The notes beneath the pieces are model-generated. The model saw only the letters and a program-made list of their open reading frames with translations. It ran no database searches and was not told the DNA's origin. From Nanobdellota archaeon (GTDB lineage: Archaea > Nanobdellota > Nanobdellia > Woesearchaeales > CAZZGN01), in contig JBNJDG010000006.1 in NCBI GenBank assembly GCA_051819665.1, positions 1 to 53,340 on the forward strand: DNA of 53,340 nt, read 5' to 3'. Shown here piece after piece: positions 27,905 through 37,005 of this stretch; the stretch's first letter is position 1; every line of letters begins with the position of its first letter. The position numbers and the translations under genes are program-made.

Positions 27905-29412
27905 GCCACAAGAAAGTAATCGATCCGCTTAACAGGATAGAAGGCGATATGGCTGTAGAGCTTAAGATAGATGATAATAACGTCATCGAAGAGGCAAAAT
28001 CGATGGGTTTTGTCTATAGGGGGTTTGAGAATATATTCCTCGGCCAGAGGCCTTTCGATGCGATGAGGCTGTCCCAGAGATCCTGCGGTGTATGTCCTGT
28101 GTCTCATGGTACTGTAGGGGCTAAAGCGATAGAGTCGATCTTTGATTTTGAGATCCCGAGGAACGCAGAGCTTGTCAGGGATATTGTCCAGGGCGCCAAT
28201 ACGATTGTGAGTGATGTGACCCATTTTTACTTCATGTGGGGGCCGGATCTTGTCAATGAGACCTACAAGGATTCGAAGTTCTACCCTGAGCTTGTGAAAA
28301 GATTTGATCCTTTAAAGAGTCCGCACCTGAAATCAATACTGAAGAATGCAAGAATCCCTTTGCATAGTGTGATCTCGATCTTCGGGGGGAAGTTTCCTCA
28401 TCCGATGCATGCTGTGCCGGGAGGTGTCACAAGCATCCCGAAGCATATTGAGCTCATAAAGGCGAACACTATGCTCAAGGAAGTAAGGGCATTCATCGAG
28501 GATGAGATCCTTAACGGGGTTTCTGTCGATGACTGGCTTAAGGTGAAGACCCTTAAGGATGTCCAGGAACTTATGAAGGATGAGAAGTTTGCGAATTCAG
28601 ACATAGGCCTTTTCATCCAGGCAGGACAGGAACTTGGTCTCCATAAGCTCGGTGAAGGCTCACCCAAGAACTTCATCTCTTACGGCTTCGGTAAGAACAA
28701 GGACGGTTCTATGCTTTACAGGGCCGGTTACGTTGAGCATGGCAGGTACCATAAGCTTGATCCGACCCATATCTATGAGGACACGACCCACTCGTACTAC
28801 GAGACGGAGAAAGAGTGGAGACATCCTCAGGATGGTGTCACAAAACCTGTACCGAGGAAGCATGGCGCTTATTCATGGATGAAGTCTGCAAGGTATTTTG
28901 GTCATGCTGTTGAAGCTGGGCCTCTTGCGAGGGCTATCGTCAATGGAGATCACCTGATAAATGATCTTGTGAAACACTTCGGTGTGAATACTTTCACAAG
29001 GACTCTTGCCAGGCTCCATGAATGTCTGGTTATCCTGCCAAAGCTCTGTGAATGGCTTGATGAGATGGATCTTACGAAACCTTTCTACAAGCCTTTCCCC
29101 GAGATCAAGGATGGTTCGGGCTTTGGTCTGACTGAGGCACCGAGAGGTGCGGTAGGCCACTGGATCAATGTGAAGGACGGGAAATGCACAAGCTACCAGA
29201 TAATCACGCCGACTACCTGGAACGGTTCGCCCAAGGACTCTAAAGGACAGAAAGGGCCGATTGAACAGGCGCTTGAAGGTGTGAAACTGAAGGACAAGGA
29301 CAGCATACTTGAAGCTGGCCATATTGTCAGGGGCTTTGACCCTTGCATATCCTGTTCGATCCATGCTGTAGGAAAGAAGAAACACAGCATACAGATAGAT
29401 CCTGCAAGATAA
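27901..29412 (+). CDS. [NiFe]-hydrogenase large subunit, group 2-like
   Basis: NRIEGD, YRGFE, L1 RSCGVC, EAPRG..GHW, YQIITPTTWN, L2 FDPCISCSIH plus a 15-aa cleavable extension. Confidence 0.95.
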   Translation: MSHKKVIDPLNRIEGDMAVELKIDDNNVIEEAKSMGFVYRGFENIFLGQRPFDAMRLSQRSCGVCPVSHGTVGAKAIESIFDFEIPRNAELVRDIVQGANTIVSDVTHFYFMWGPDLVNETYKDSKFYPELVKRFDPLKSPHLKSILKNARIPLHSVISIFGGKFPHPMHAVPGGVTSIPKHIELIKANTMLKEVRAFIEDEILNGVSVDDWLKVKTLKDVQELMKDEKFANSDIGLFIQAGQELGLHKLGEGSPKNFISYGFGKNKDGSMLYRAGYVEHGRYHKLDPTHIYEDTTHSYYETEKEWRHPQDGVTKPVPRKHGAYSWMKSARYFGHAVEAGPLARAIVNGDHLINDLVKHFGVNTFTRTLARLHECLVILPKLCEWLDEMDLTKPFYKPFPEIKDGSGFGLTEAPRGAVGHWINVKDGKCTSYQIITPTTWNGSPKDSKGQKGPIEQALEGVKLKDKDSILEAGHIVRGFDPCISCSIHAVGKKKHSIQIDPAR

Positions 29413-29493
29413 GCAGGTCTTCTATTTTTTCTTTTTTGTATTTAACACTGATTCTTAGAAAGATATTTAAATCATTGTTCAGGGTGAGTTCAT

Positions 29494-29952
29494 ATGGCAG
29501 TCAAGGTATTTTTTATAGGGAACATGCTTGGTGGTGACGATGGTATTGGCCCGAGGCTTTATTATGCTATGAAGGATGATCCGGAACTTAAGGATTATGA
29601 GATGATGGAGATGGGAGTCATAGGTTTTGATCTTATCTCATATATCGAAGAGGGGGATAAAGTAATAATCGTCGATGCCATTCATTCAAATGAAAAAGAA
29701 GGAGAGGTTGTTGTGCTTGGGGAGGAAGACCTTTCTCCGGAGATGTCCCTTGTTTCCCAGCATGACTTTGGTGTCGAAGAGACAGCGGCCATGCTGAGAA
29801 GGTACTCACCTGAGCTGAAGAAGATACACATTATAGGTATAAATGTGACTTCTACAGATAGTTATTCAAAGGAATTATCTGAGAACATAAGTAAGAAGTT
29901 CGATAAGATAAAAAAAGAGGTATCAGAGAAGATACTCTCTCTATCGGAGTGA
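29494..29952 (+). CDS. Hydrogenase maturation endopeptidase (HybD/HycI family)
   Basis: GNMLGGDDGIG, IIVDA, SQH. Confidence 0.92.
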   Translation: MAVKVFFIGNMLGGDDGIGPRLYYAMKDDPELKDYEMMEMGVIGFDLISYIEEGDKVIIVDAIHSNEKEGEVVVLGEEDLSPEMSLVSQHDFGVEETAAMLRRYSPELKKIHIIGINVTSTDSYSKELSENISKKFDKIKKEVSEKILSLSE

Positions 29953-29958
29953 TTTAAG

Positions 29959-30237
29959 ATGTGTTATGCAATACCTGCAAAGATACTCGAGATGGACGGG
30001 GAGATAGCCAGAGTGGATTATGGCGGCGTAATAAAGAAAGTTAATATCTCCCTCGTGGATGATGCTAAGACAGGGGATTCTGTCCTTATCCATGCAGGCT
30101 TCGCGATAGAGAAGCTTGATAAGAAATCCGCGGAAGAAGCGATGGAGACGATAAGGAGGGACCTTTCCCAGTTCTCGGAAGAGGATTTCAGGATCAAGGA
30201 AGAGATGGAGAGATGGAAAAAACAAAGGAGCATCTAG
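29959..30237 (+). CDS. hypC: Hydrogenase chaperone HypC
   Basis: MCYAIPAKI, GDSVLIHAGFAI. Confidence 0.95.
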   Translation: MCYAIPAKILEMDGEIARVDYGGVIKKVNISLVDDAKTGDSVLIHAGFAIEKLDKKSAEEAMETIRRDLSQFSEEDFRIKEEMERWKKQRSI

Positions 30238-31229
30238 AGGAAATAAGGAAAACCGCGAAAGATCTCGGTAATGTTACTTTGATGGAGATCTGCGGGGGCC
30301 ATACTAATGTAATTATGAAATATGGTATAAGAGATATCCTGCCAGACAATGTGAATCTGATCTCCGGGCCGGGATGTCCTGTTTGTGTAAGCAGCAGGCA
30401 TGATATAGACTGTATGATAGAGCTGGCGAAAGAAGGCGTCCCTGTAGCTACATATGGGGATATGATGCGCGTTCCCGGGTCAGAATATTCTCTGGAGGAT
30501 ATAAGCGCAGAGACAGGCAGGGTGTTTGAGGTCTATTCTACTACTGAGGTCTTAAAACTGAAGGAAGATTATCCTGACATTGTGTTCTTTGGCATTGGTT
30601 TTGAGACGACTGCCCCAATGACTGCTTTCCTCCTAAAGAAAGGAGTGACAGTTTATTCAGTGCATAAGATCGTGCCCCCTGCCCTGAAGATACTTTCATC
30701 AGGTGATGTGAAGATTGACGGGTTCATCGATCCGGGACATGTATCAACTATTATAGGAAGTAAGGCATATGAGGATATAAAGGCCCCTCAGGCGATAGCC
30801 GGATTCACTCCCGAAAGGATCCTCCGTTCGATAAGCGTGCTTCTGAAGCTTATAAGTGAAAATAAGCCGGTCACGATAAATGCGTATCCTGAATCTGTAT
30901 CAGAGAAAGGCAATGAGAAAGCAAAGAAGATGCTGGCCGAGCACTTTGAGATTGTTGATTCTGAATGGAGAGGACTTGGTACATTACCTGGTTCAGGTCT
31001 TGAGGTCAAGGACCCGGAACTTAATGCAAAATTAAAATATAAAAGGATAATTGATAAGGTGCCCGAACCGAAAAAGACGGCTTGCAGATGTGGGGAAGTC
31101 CTGAAAGGGCAGATAGAACCAACAGGATGTCCTCTTTACAGGAAGGTGTGCACACCAGAGAGTCCTCATGGAGCATGCATGGTCTCGGAAGAGGGTAGCT
31201 GTGCTATCTCTTACAGGTATGGAAAATGA
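30213..31229 (+). CDS. hypD: Hydrogenase maturation protein HypD
   Basis: MEICGGH, GPGCPVC, GFETT, PGHVS, C-terminal Cys cluster GACMVSEEGSC. Confidence 0.96.
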   Translation: MEKTKEHLEEIRKTAKDLGNVTLMEICGGHTNVIMKYGIRDILPDNVNLISGPGCPVCVSSRHDIDCMIELAKEGVPVATYGDMMRVPGSEYSLEDISAETGRVFEVYSTTEVLKLKEDYPDIVFFGIGFETTAPMTAFLLKKGVTVYSVHKIVPPALKILSSGDVKIDGFIDPGHVSTIIGSKAYEDIKAPQAIAGFTPERILRSISVLLKLISENKPVTINAYPESVSEKGNEKAKKMLAEHFEIVDSEWRGLGTLPGSGLEVKDPELNAKLKYKRIIDKVPEPKKTACRCGEVLKGQIEPTGCPLYRKVCTPESPHGACMVSEEGSCAISYRYGK

Positions 31230-32188
31230 AAGATAAGATAACTTTAGCTCACGGTTCAGGCGGGAAGGAGATGGATGAGCTTATCTCTAAGTTTTCTTTC
31301 CCGAAAGGTAACTGGACGAATCATGATGATGATTCTGCTGTCATGAGATTCGGCGATAAGAATCTTGTTTTCACGACAGATTCGTTCACAGTGGACCCGC
31401 TCTTCTTTCCCGGTGCGGATATAGGTCATCTGGCGTTCTCAGGGACGGTTAATGATCTATGCGTCATGGGGGCAAGACCCCTCGGGCTTTCTTTGAGTTT
31501 CATTATTGAAGAGGGCTTCAAGAGAAAGGATCTTGACCGCATCGTGAGTTCGATAAGACAACTTTCTGAAGAATACGATGTGCCTGTCGTGACAGGAGAC
31601 ACCAAGGTGATGAGCAGGGGAAAGATAGATGGGATAGTTATCAATGTTTCAGGCACAGGTATTGCTGATGAGATCCTTGATGGTCAGCCCGAAGAAGGTG
31701 AAAAGATCATCCTTTCAGGTGGCCTCGGCGAGCATGCGGTCTCTCTCCTGTCCAAGAGGTTTGATTATGAGACAGATCTTGTCTCTGATTCAAAACCTAT
31801 GATTGATGAGCTCCTGGCCGTAAAGGATATGATAAAGATAGCCAAGGACCCTACAAGAGGGGGCGTTGCTGCGGTTCTCAATGAGCTTTCCGATAAGAAG
31901 AACATAGCCGTGCATATTGATGAGGGGAAGATCCCTGCTAAGAGGGAGGTAAGGACGGTTGTTGATATGCTCGGGATAAACCTTTACGAACTGGCATGCG
32001 AGGGACGCTTTGTATGTGTTGCCGAGAAAGGGAAAGAAGAACAGGTTTTGAAAAAGCTTAAGGGTTTTAACGAGGATGCTGCTATCATCGGCGAAGTGAA
32101 GGAGGGGGATAAAGTTCATATAAACACAGAACTGGGATCAAGGATCCTGCCCAAGCCTACTGGTCGGATAGTGCCAAGGATATGTTAG
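31226..32188 (+). CDS. hypE: Carbamoyl dehydratase HypE
   Basis: LAHGSGG, TTDSF, GDTKV, DPTRGG, C-terminal PRIC. Confidence 0.96.
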   Translation: MKDKITLAHGSGGKEMDELISKFSFPKGNWTNHDDDSAVMRFGDKNLVFTTDSFTVDPLFFPGADIGHLAFSGTVNDLCVMGARPLGLSLSFIIEEGFKRKDLDRIVSSIRQLSEEYDVPVVTGDTKVMSRGKIDGIVINVSGTGIADEILDGQPEEGEKIILSGGLGEHAVSLLSKRFDYETDLVSDSKPMIDELLAVKDMIKIAKDPTRGGVAAVLNELSDKKNIAVHIDEGKIPAKREVRTVVDMLGINLYELACEGRFVCVAEKGKEEQVLKKLKGFNEDAAIIGEVKEGDKVHINTELGSRILPKPTGRIVPRIC

Positions 32189-32197
32189 GGTGAGAAT

Positions 32198-32539
32198 ATG
32201 CACGAATTATCCATAACAAAGAAGCTTGTAGAGATGCTCAAGGAGACGTGTCTTGAGGAAGGCATAAAAGAACCTGGACGTGCTTATCTTGAGCTTGGCA
32301 GGATGACCGGCTTCAGGAAAGATCCGATACAATTTTATTTTGAATCATTCAGGAAAGAGGAACCGATGCTTGCAGGCATGAAGCTGGATATCGAAGAGAA
32401 AGATACAGAGATAAAGTGTAATGCTTGTAACCGGGAGAGCATTATAGAGGATCTGTGCATGATCTTCTGTCCTCATTGCGATTCGAATGATGTTGATATA
32501 ATTGCAGGGAAGGATTTTAAGATAAAAAATATTGAATGA
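32198..32539 (+). CDS. hypA: Nickel metallochaperone HypA
   Basis: MHELS N-terminus and two CxxC motifs. Confidence 0.95.
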   Translation: MHELSITKKLVEMLKETCLEEGIKEPGRAYLELGRMTGFRKDPIQFYFESFRKEEPMLAGMKLDIEEKDTEIKCNACNRESIIEDLCMIFCPHCDSNDVDIIAGKDFKIKNIE

Positions 32540-32569
32540 AAGGATTCAGAAATTATTGAAGGTGATATT

Positions 32570-33316
32570 ATGTGTCAGGAATGCGGATGTGGCGTCTATG
32601 ATCCGGACAAGGATGGTAAGGCTCAGGATAAAGGTGATGAGAAGCAATCAGTTTCAGTGGAAAAATCAATAATAAAGGAGAATGACAGGCAGGGAGAGAA
32701 ACTTGCAAAGATGCTCAAGGACAAGGGCATCCTGTGTGTTAATGTTCAGGGTTCTCCCGGTTCGGGAAAGACCACTCTCATAGAGAACACAGCAAAGATA
32801 CTGGGTTCGGATGAGATGGCAGTCATACAGGGGGATCTTGAGTCTGAGGTTGATCTCAAGAGGCTTGAAGAGAAGGGTATAAGCACATTCCAGATAAACA
32901 CCCACTCAGGATGTCATCTTAACTCGGATATGATAAACAAGGCCCTTATCGATATGGACCTGAAGGATAAAAAATATCTTTTCATTGAGAATGTGGGGAA
33001 TCTTGTCTGTCCTGCCGGTGTTAAGATAGGTCAGCACATGAACATGGTCATCTCTTCCACGACAGAAGGCAGTGATAAGCCTAAGAAATATCCTGTGATC
33101 TTTAACGATGCTTCTCTGGTCGTCATATCGAAGATAGACATATCAGAGGCAGTTGAGTTTGATGAGGAACAATATAAGGCTGATATAAAGAACATAAACC
33201 CGAAAGCTGAGATAGTCAGGGTATCTTCAAAGAAACCGGAAACATTCGAAGGGGCAGCTCATAATATATCTCATGCCCGGGATCATCTTCTGGGTAATGA
33301 ACATCAGCATCACTGA
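32570..33316 (+). CDS. hypB: Nickel-insertion GTPase HypB
   Basis: MCQECGC, GSPGSGKT, GCHL, ENVGNLVCP, KPKKYP, SKID; His-rich tail. Confidence 0.96.
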   Translation: MCQECGCGVYDPDKDGKAQDKGDEKQSVSVEKSIIKENDRQGEKLAKMLKDKGILCVNVQGSPGSGKTTLIENTAKILGSDEMAVIQGDLESEVDLKRLEEKGISTFQINTHSGCHLNSDMINKALIDMDLKDKKYLFIENVGNLVCPAGVKIGQHMNMVISSTTEGSDKPKKYPVIFNDASLVVISKIDISEAVEFDEEQYKADIKNINPKAEIVRVSSKKPETFEGAAHNISHARDHLLGNEHQHH

Positions 33317-33354
33317 TTGATGGGTGTATTTTCAGACTGATAAGATTGAATCAG

Positions 33355-34029
33355 TCAGTCAAGTTCCCATGTTTTGAGTGTTTCCTCTTCTATGCTTCTC
33401 CCTGAGTGGACGATCTTTCCTTCGTCCATTATATGGATTTTATCGCAATGTCTGAGGATCTTCATATCATGTGTTGTTATGATCTTGACTGCATCTATTG
33501 AATTTATCAGTTTGATGATCTCTTTCTTTGATTTCGGGTCAAGATGGACAGTCGGCTCATCAAAGATTATGACTGATGGTTCCATCGAGATCACAGCTGC
33601 TATAGAAACTCTTTTTTTCTGGCCAGTGCTTAGGTTATGAGGATTCTTGTTTTTCAGATGGGTGGCACCCACTTTATCCAAAGCGGATTCTGTTCTTTCA
33701 TTTATATTGTCCATGCCCAGGTTTTCAGGACCGAAGGCTACATCTTCAAGGACAGTGGGGGAGAATAGCATATTGTCGGGATTCTGGAAGACTATCCCTA
33801 CTTTCTTCCTGATCTCTCTTAGGTTCTTCTTTTTTACTTCCAGTCCATCCACTTTTATCTTCCCTTTGTTTGGAAGGAGGACTCCGTTCAGATGATTGAG
33901 TAGGGTTGACTTTCCGGCCCCATTCTTACCTATTATTGCCGTAGTGCCTTTCCCTATATTAAGAGAGACATCATCAAGGGCCTTTTTCCCGTCAGGATAA
34001 GAATAATGAAGATTCTCAATCTCTATCAT
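33355..34029 (-). CDS. cbiO: ECF Ni/Co transporter ATPase (CbiO/NikO)
   Basis: GKNGAGKST, VFQNPD, LSTGQKKR, FDEPT. Confidence 0.9.
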   Translation of the reverse strand: MIEIENLHYSYPDGKKALDDVSLNIGKGTTAIIGKNGAGKSTLLNHLNGVLLPNKGKIKVDGLEVKKKNLREIRKKVGIVFQNPDNMLFSPTVLEDVAFGPENLGMDNINERTESALDKVGATHLKNKNPHNLSTGQKKRVSIAAVISMEPSVIIFDEPTVHLDPKSKKEIIKLINSIDAVKIITTHDMKILRHCDKIHIMDEGKIVHSGRSIEEETLKTWELD

Positions 34030-34591
34030 TGTAGCCTCTGGATAGCATTGCCATATATATTTTTTCTGATTTACTGTGACTCCTCATAACGAGGCTGGCT
34101 ATCATATTCGAGATTGTCTTTATATCGAACTTCTGTCGTCTTTTCATGCATCTTACATTCCTTGCTGTCCTCATATCCTTCAGGGTTTCAAGGAACAGTA
34201 GTATATACCTGTAAAGGAAAGAAAACATAGTGACGAAAAGCTTTGGTATGCCGATGAATCTCATTGATCTCATGAGATCCCTGAAATTTGTGGTCATCAT
34301 GAAGAGAGTTATAGTGAGTATGGATGATAAAGCTCTTGAGAAGAGGAGGATAGCTTTTGAAAAGGGCATGAAGAAAAGGAATACAAGGAAAGGGAGGCAT
34401 AAGAGAAGCCTCTTGAGGAACTGTTTCGGGGCCCCGATAATAAGTATAGTGAAGAGTATGGTCCCTATATAGATCCCCAGGAACGGGAGGTTATTCTGGA
34501 ATGATAAGAGGGCTATGAGAAATATAGCCACGGGAAGCTTTACCCTTGCGTCCACTTTTCCTAAGATATTATCAGTTTTGTTTTCTAGCAT
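34016..34591 (-). CDS. cbiQ: ECF Ni/Co transporter T component (CbiQ/NikQ)
   Basis: DARVKL, TT, YRYI, AMLSRGY. Confidence 0.88.
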   Translation of the reverse strand: MLENKTDNILGKVDARVKLPVAIFLIALLSFQNNLPFLGIYIGTILFTILIIGAPKQFLKRLLLCLPFLVFLFFMPFSKAILLFSRALSSILTITLFMMTTNFRDLMRSMRFIGIPKLFVTMFSFLYRYILLFLETLKDMRTARNVRCMKRRQKFDIKTISNMIASLVMRSHSKSEKIYMAMLSRGYNDRD

Positions 34592-34862
34592 TTTTCAGTA
34601 AGTAGCCGAGACCGAGAGCTACAAGTACGGTGATTATCATCCCTAACAAGTTTGCAAGGAATGTTGAAAAGTAATTTTCCTTACCTAAGGTATCATAATC
34701 CGGGAAAGGAGAACCTTCATACAAAGTCTCGCCTTCTCCTGCAAAATCGAGATGCTCTGCTACTTTCTCGAGACCGTCAGGGTATTCTGAAGCAAGAGGG
34801 AGTAAGAGGGACACCACAACAAGCACTATTATGAAAAAGACCAAGGCGAAATTACCTTTCAT
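34572..34862 (-). CDS. PDGLE-domain protein (NikN-like)
   Basis: ASEYPDGLEKVA, PFPDY, two TM helices. Confidence 0.9.
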   Translation of the reverse strand: MKGNFALVFFIIVLVVVSLLLPLASEYPDGLEKVAEHLDFAGEGETLYEGSPFPDYDTLGKENYFSTFLANLLGMIITVLVALGLGYLLKNARKQN

Positions 34863-34863
34863 C

Positions 34864-35511
34864 TTACCACCACCTCGGTTTTATCTTTTCAAGCTTCAGC
34901 AGGTCTGGTCTGGATTTCTGGATTGACTTTACGATCCCTACTGTTATAAGCCCTTCTCCTATGCCTATGACTGCATGCAGCGGGACCATTGCTATAAGAG
35001 CCTTGCTGAAGCTCACTGTCCCGCTAAAACCTAGTTCGAGTGCACAGGCAACTGCTGCCATGACCACACTGAAAAATCCGGCAAAGAAAGCGGGGAGAGA
35101 CACACCCTTCATGATCCTTTTCAGGTTTACGAAGGTTATATAGGCGACGAATGCACCGATCAGGCCCATGTTGAATATGTTTGCCCCTAAAGCAATTATC
35201 CCTCCGTCTGCAAAGAAAAGTGCCTGAATGAGAAGGACAAGTGTCAATATTATCAATGCTCCGTAAGGACCAAAAAGAATTGCTGCCAGAGCTGCACCTA
35301 TAAGATGTCCGGATGTTCCCCCGATTCCCACAAGTGTGAAGTTAAGCATCTGCCCAGCGAATATTGCTGCGGCAATTACAGAAAAGAAAGGGATGTATCT
35401 ATCTCCCATCTTGTCTTTTGCTTTTCTTAGTGCCAGTGAGAGCAGGAGGATAGTTATTACTCCTGTTATTAATTATACGGGCAGACTCATGAACCCGTCC
35501 GGTATGTGCAT
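34864..35511 (-). pseudogene. cbiM: ECF Ni/Co substrate-binding component CbiM/NikM interrupted by an in-frame TAA at codon 13
   Basis: SD-like GGTGA then MHIPDGFMSLPV*LITGVITILLLSLALRKAKDKMGDRYIPF..., in frame with ORF 34864..35409 (GTSGHLIG, QALFFADGG, GIGEG). TAA at 35473-35475. Could be a sequencing error. Confidence 0.8.
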
Positions 35512-35540
35512 AGTTTCACCTTTATATTAAACCTGTTTCA

Positions 35541-35567
35541 GTGTTACTTTTTTTATATTTGTGCTAC
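35541..35567. promoter_or_regulatory. Candidate NikR operator upstream of nikM
   Basis: GTGTTAC-N13-GTGCTAC, directly downstream of a minus-strand BRE/TATA (CGAAAATCTTATAAA) and 30 bp before the nikM start. Confidence 0.6.
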
Positions 35568-35699
35568 TTTATAAGATTTTCGTCACACTGTGGTCTTTCT
35601 GTTTCTCTTCTTCCCTTCATGGGCATGGTTGCCTTGATCTTAGAGAAAACTTTAAATACTACTTCTGCTATCGGTACTGTATATTAGCGGGTGAATTTT

Positions 35700-35966
35700 A
35701 TGGCTGATGAAGAAGGAAAAAAGTTTTCAAAAGAGCTCATAGGAAAGATCATTGTTTCAAAGACAGGTAAGAGGTTCGGAGAAGTAGGGGATCTTATCTT
35801 TGAGACCAAGTCCGGAGAGCTCATCAATATGGTCCTCATCAATCCGACCAGTTATACTCAGAAGCTTGAGCTCGAGAAGAATAAGGAAGGTAACATACTG
35901 ATACCGTTCTCCTCGGTGATAGCTATCGGTGACTTTATGGTAGTTGCAGAAGAGGACATAATATAA
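35700..35966 (+). CDS. PRC-barrel protein (CdpB-like archaeal cell-division family)
   Basis: SKELIGKIIVSKTGKRFGEVGDLIFETKSG...IPFSSVIAIGDFMVV. Confidence 0.88.
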   Translation: MADEEGKKFSKELIGKIIVSKTGKRFGEVGDLIFETKSGELINMVLINPTSYTQKLELEKNKEGNILIPFSSVIAIGDFMVVAEEDII

Positions 35967-36002
35967 TTACCTTTAAATATTATTATTTCTTTCATATCTC
36001 TT

Positions 36003-36956
36003 ATGGAAAACACACTATGGACTGAAAAATACAGGCCCAAAGAATTCTCTGAAGTGAAGGGTCAGCAGGAGATAGTGAAGAGGGTCAAGGCTTTCGTTGA
36101 GAAGAAGAACATGCCTCATCTTCTGTTCTCAGGTCCTGCAGGTGTTGGAAAATCCACTCTCTCGCTTGTTGCTGCAAGGCATCTTTTTGGTGAAAGCTGG
36201 AGAGACAATTTTCTTGAACTCAATGCTTCTGATGAGAGAGGCATAGACATAGTAAGGAGCAAGGTCAAGGACTTCGCGAGGACAAGGTCTATAGGCAATG
36301 TGCCTTTCAAGATAATCTTCCTCGATGAATGTGATGCTCTCACCAGGGATGCGCAGCAGGCTCTCAGGAGGACTATGGAGAACTACACATCCACGACGAG
36401 GTTCATATTGAGCTGTAATTATTCCTCCAAGATCATAGACCCGATCCAGTCCAGATGCACCCTTTTCCGCTTCAAGCCCCTTCCGAAAGAGGATGTTTAT
36501 TCTATAATAGATACTATCTCGAAGAAGGAAGGCATCTCTGTTACGGATGATGCAAAGGATGCACTTTATGAGGTAAGCAATGGAGACTGTAGGAAGGCAG
36601 AGAATATCCTTCAGAGCTGTGCTTCGATAACCGGTGAGGTTGATGCTGAGTCCGTACATTCTATAGCTTCTGTTGCAAGACCTAAAGAAATAAAGGAAGT
36701 GCTTTCTATTGCCATGAAGGGTGAGTTCGTAAAAGCGAGGGAGAAGATACTTGATGTCATGCTCAAGTACGGTCTTTCCGGACTGGATATAGTCAAGCAG
36801 ATACAGAAGGAGATCTGGAATCTTGATATAGAAGACCGTTCCAAAGCGGAGCTTGTATGGAGATGCGGTGATGCGGAATTCAGGATGACTGAGGGAAGCG
36901 ATGAGTATGTCCAGCTTGAGGCCCTGCTTGCCCAGTTCACTTTATATAAGAAATGA
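36003..36956 (+). CDS. rfcS: Replication factor C small subunit (no intein)
   Basis: WTEKYRP, GPAGVGKS, ELNASDERG, LDECD, AQQALRRTME, IQSRC. Confidence 0.97.
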   Translation: MENTLWTEKYRPKEFSEVKGQQEIVKRVKAFVEKKNMPHLLFSGPAGVGKSTLSLVAARHLFGESWRDNFLELNASDERGIDIVRSKVKDFARTRSIGNVPFKIIFLDECDALTRDAQQALRRTMENYTSTTRFILSCNYSSKIIDPIQSRCTLFRFKPLPKEDVYSIIDTISKKEGISVTDDAKDALYEVSNGDCRKAENILQSCASITGEVDAESVHSIASVARPKEIKEVLSIAMKGEFVKAREKILDVMLKYGLSGLDIVKQIQKEIWNLDIEDRSKAELVWRCGDAEFRMTEGSDEYVQLEALLAQFTLYKK

Positions 36957-37005
36957 TCTCTTCTTCTTATGATTCTATAATATTGAAAGAAAAAAAGAAT
37001 TAAGG

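Noticed and set aside
35473..35475. Stop-codon reassignment or Sec/Pyl readthrough in nikM
   Set aside because: The codon is TAA, not TGA or TAG, and TAA terminates other genes in the window.
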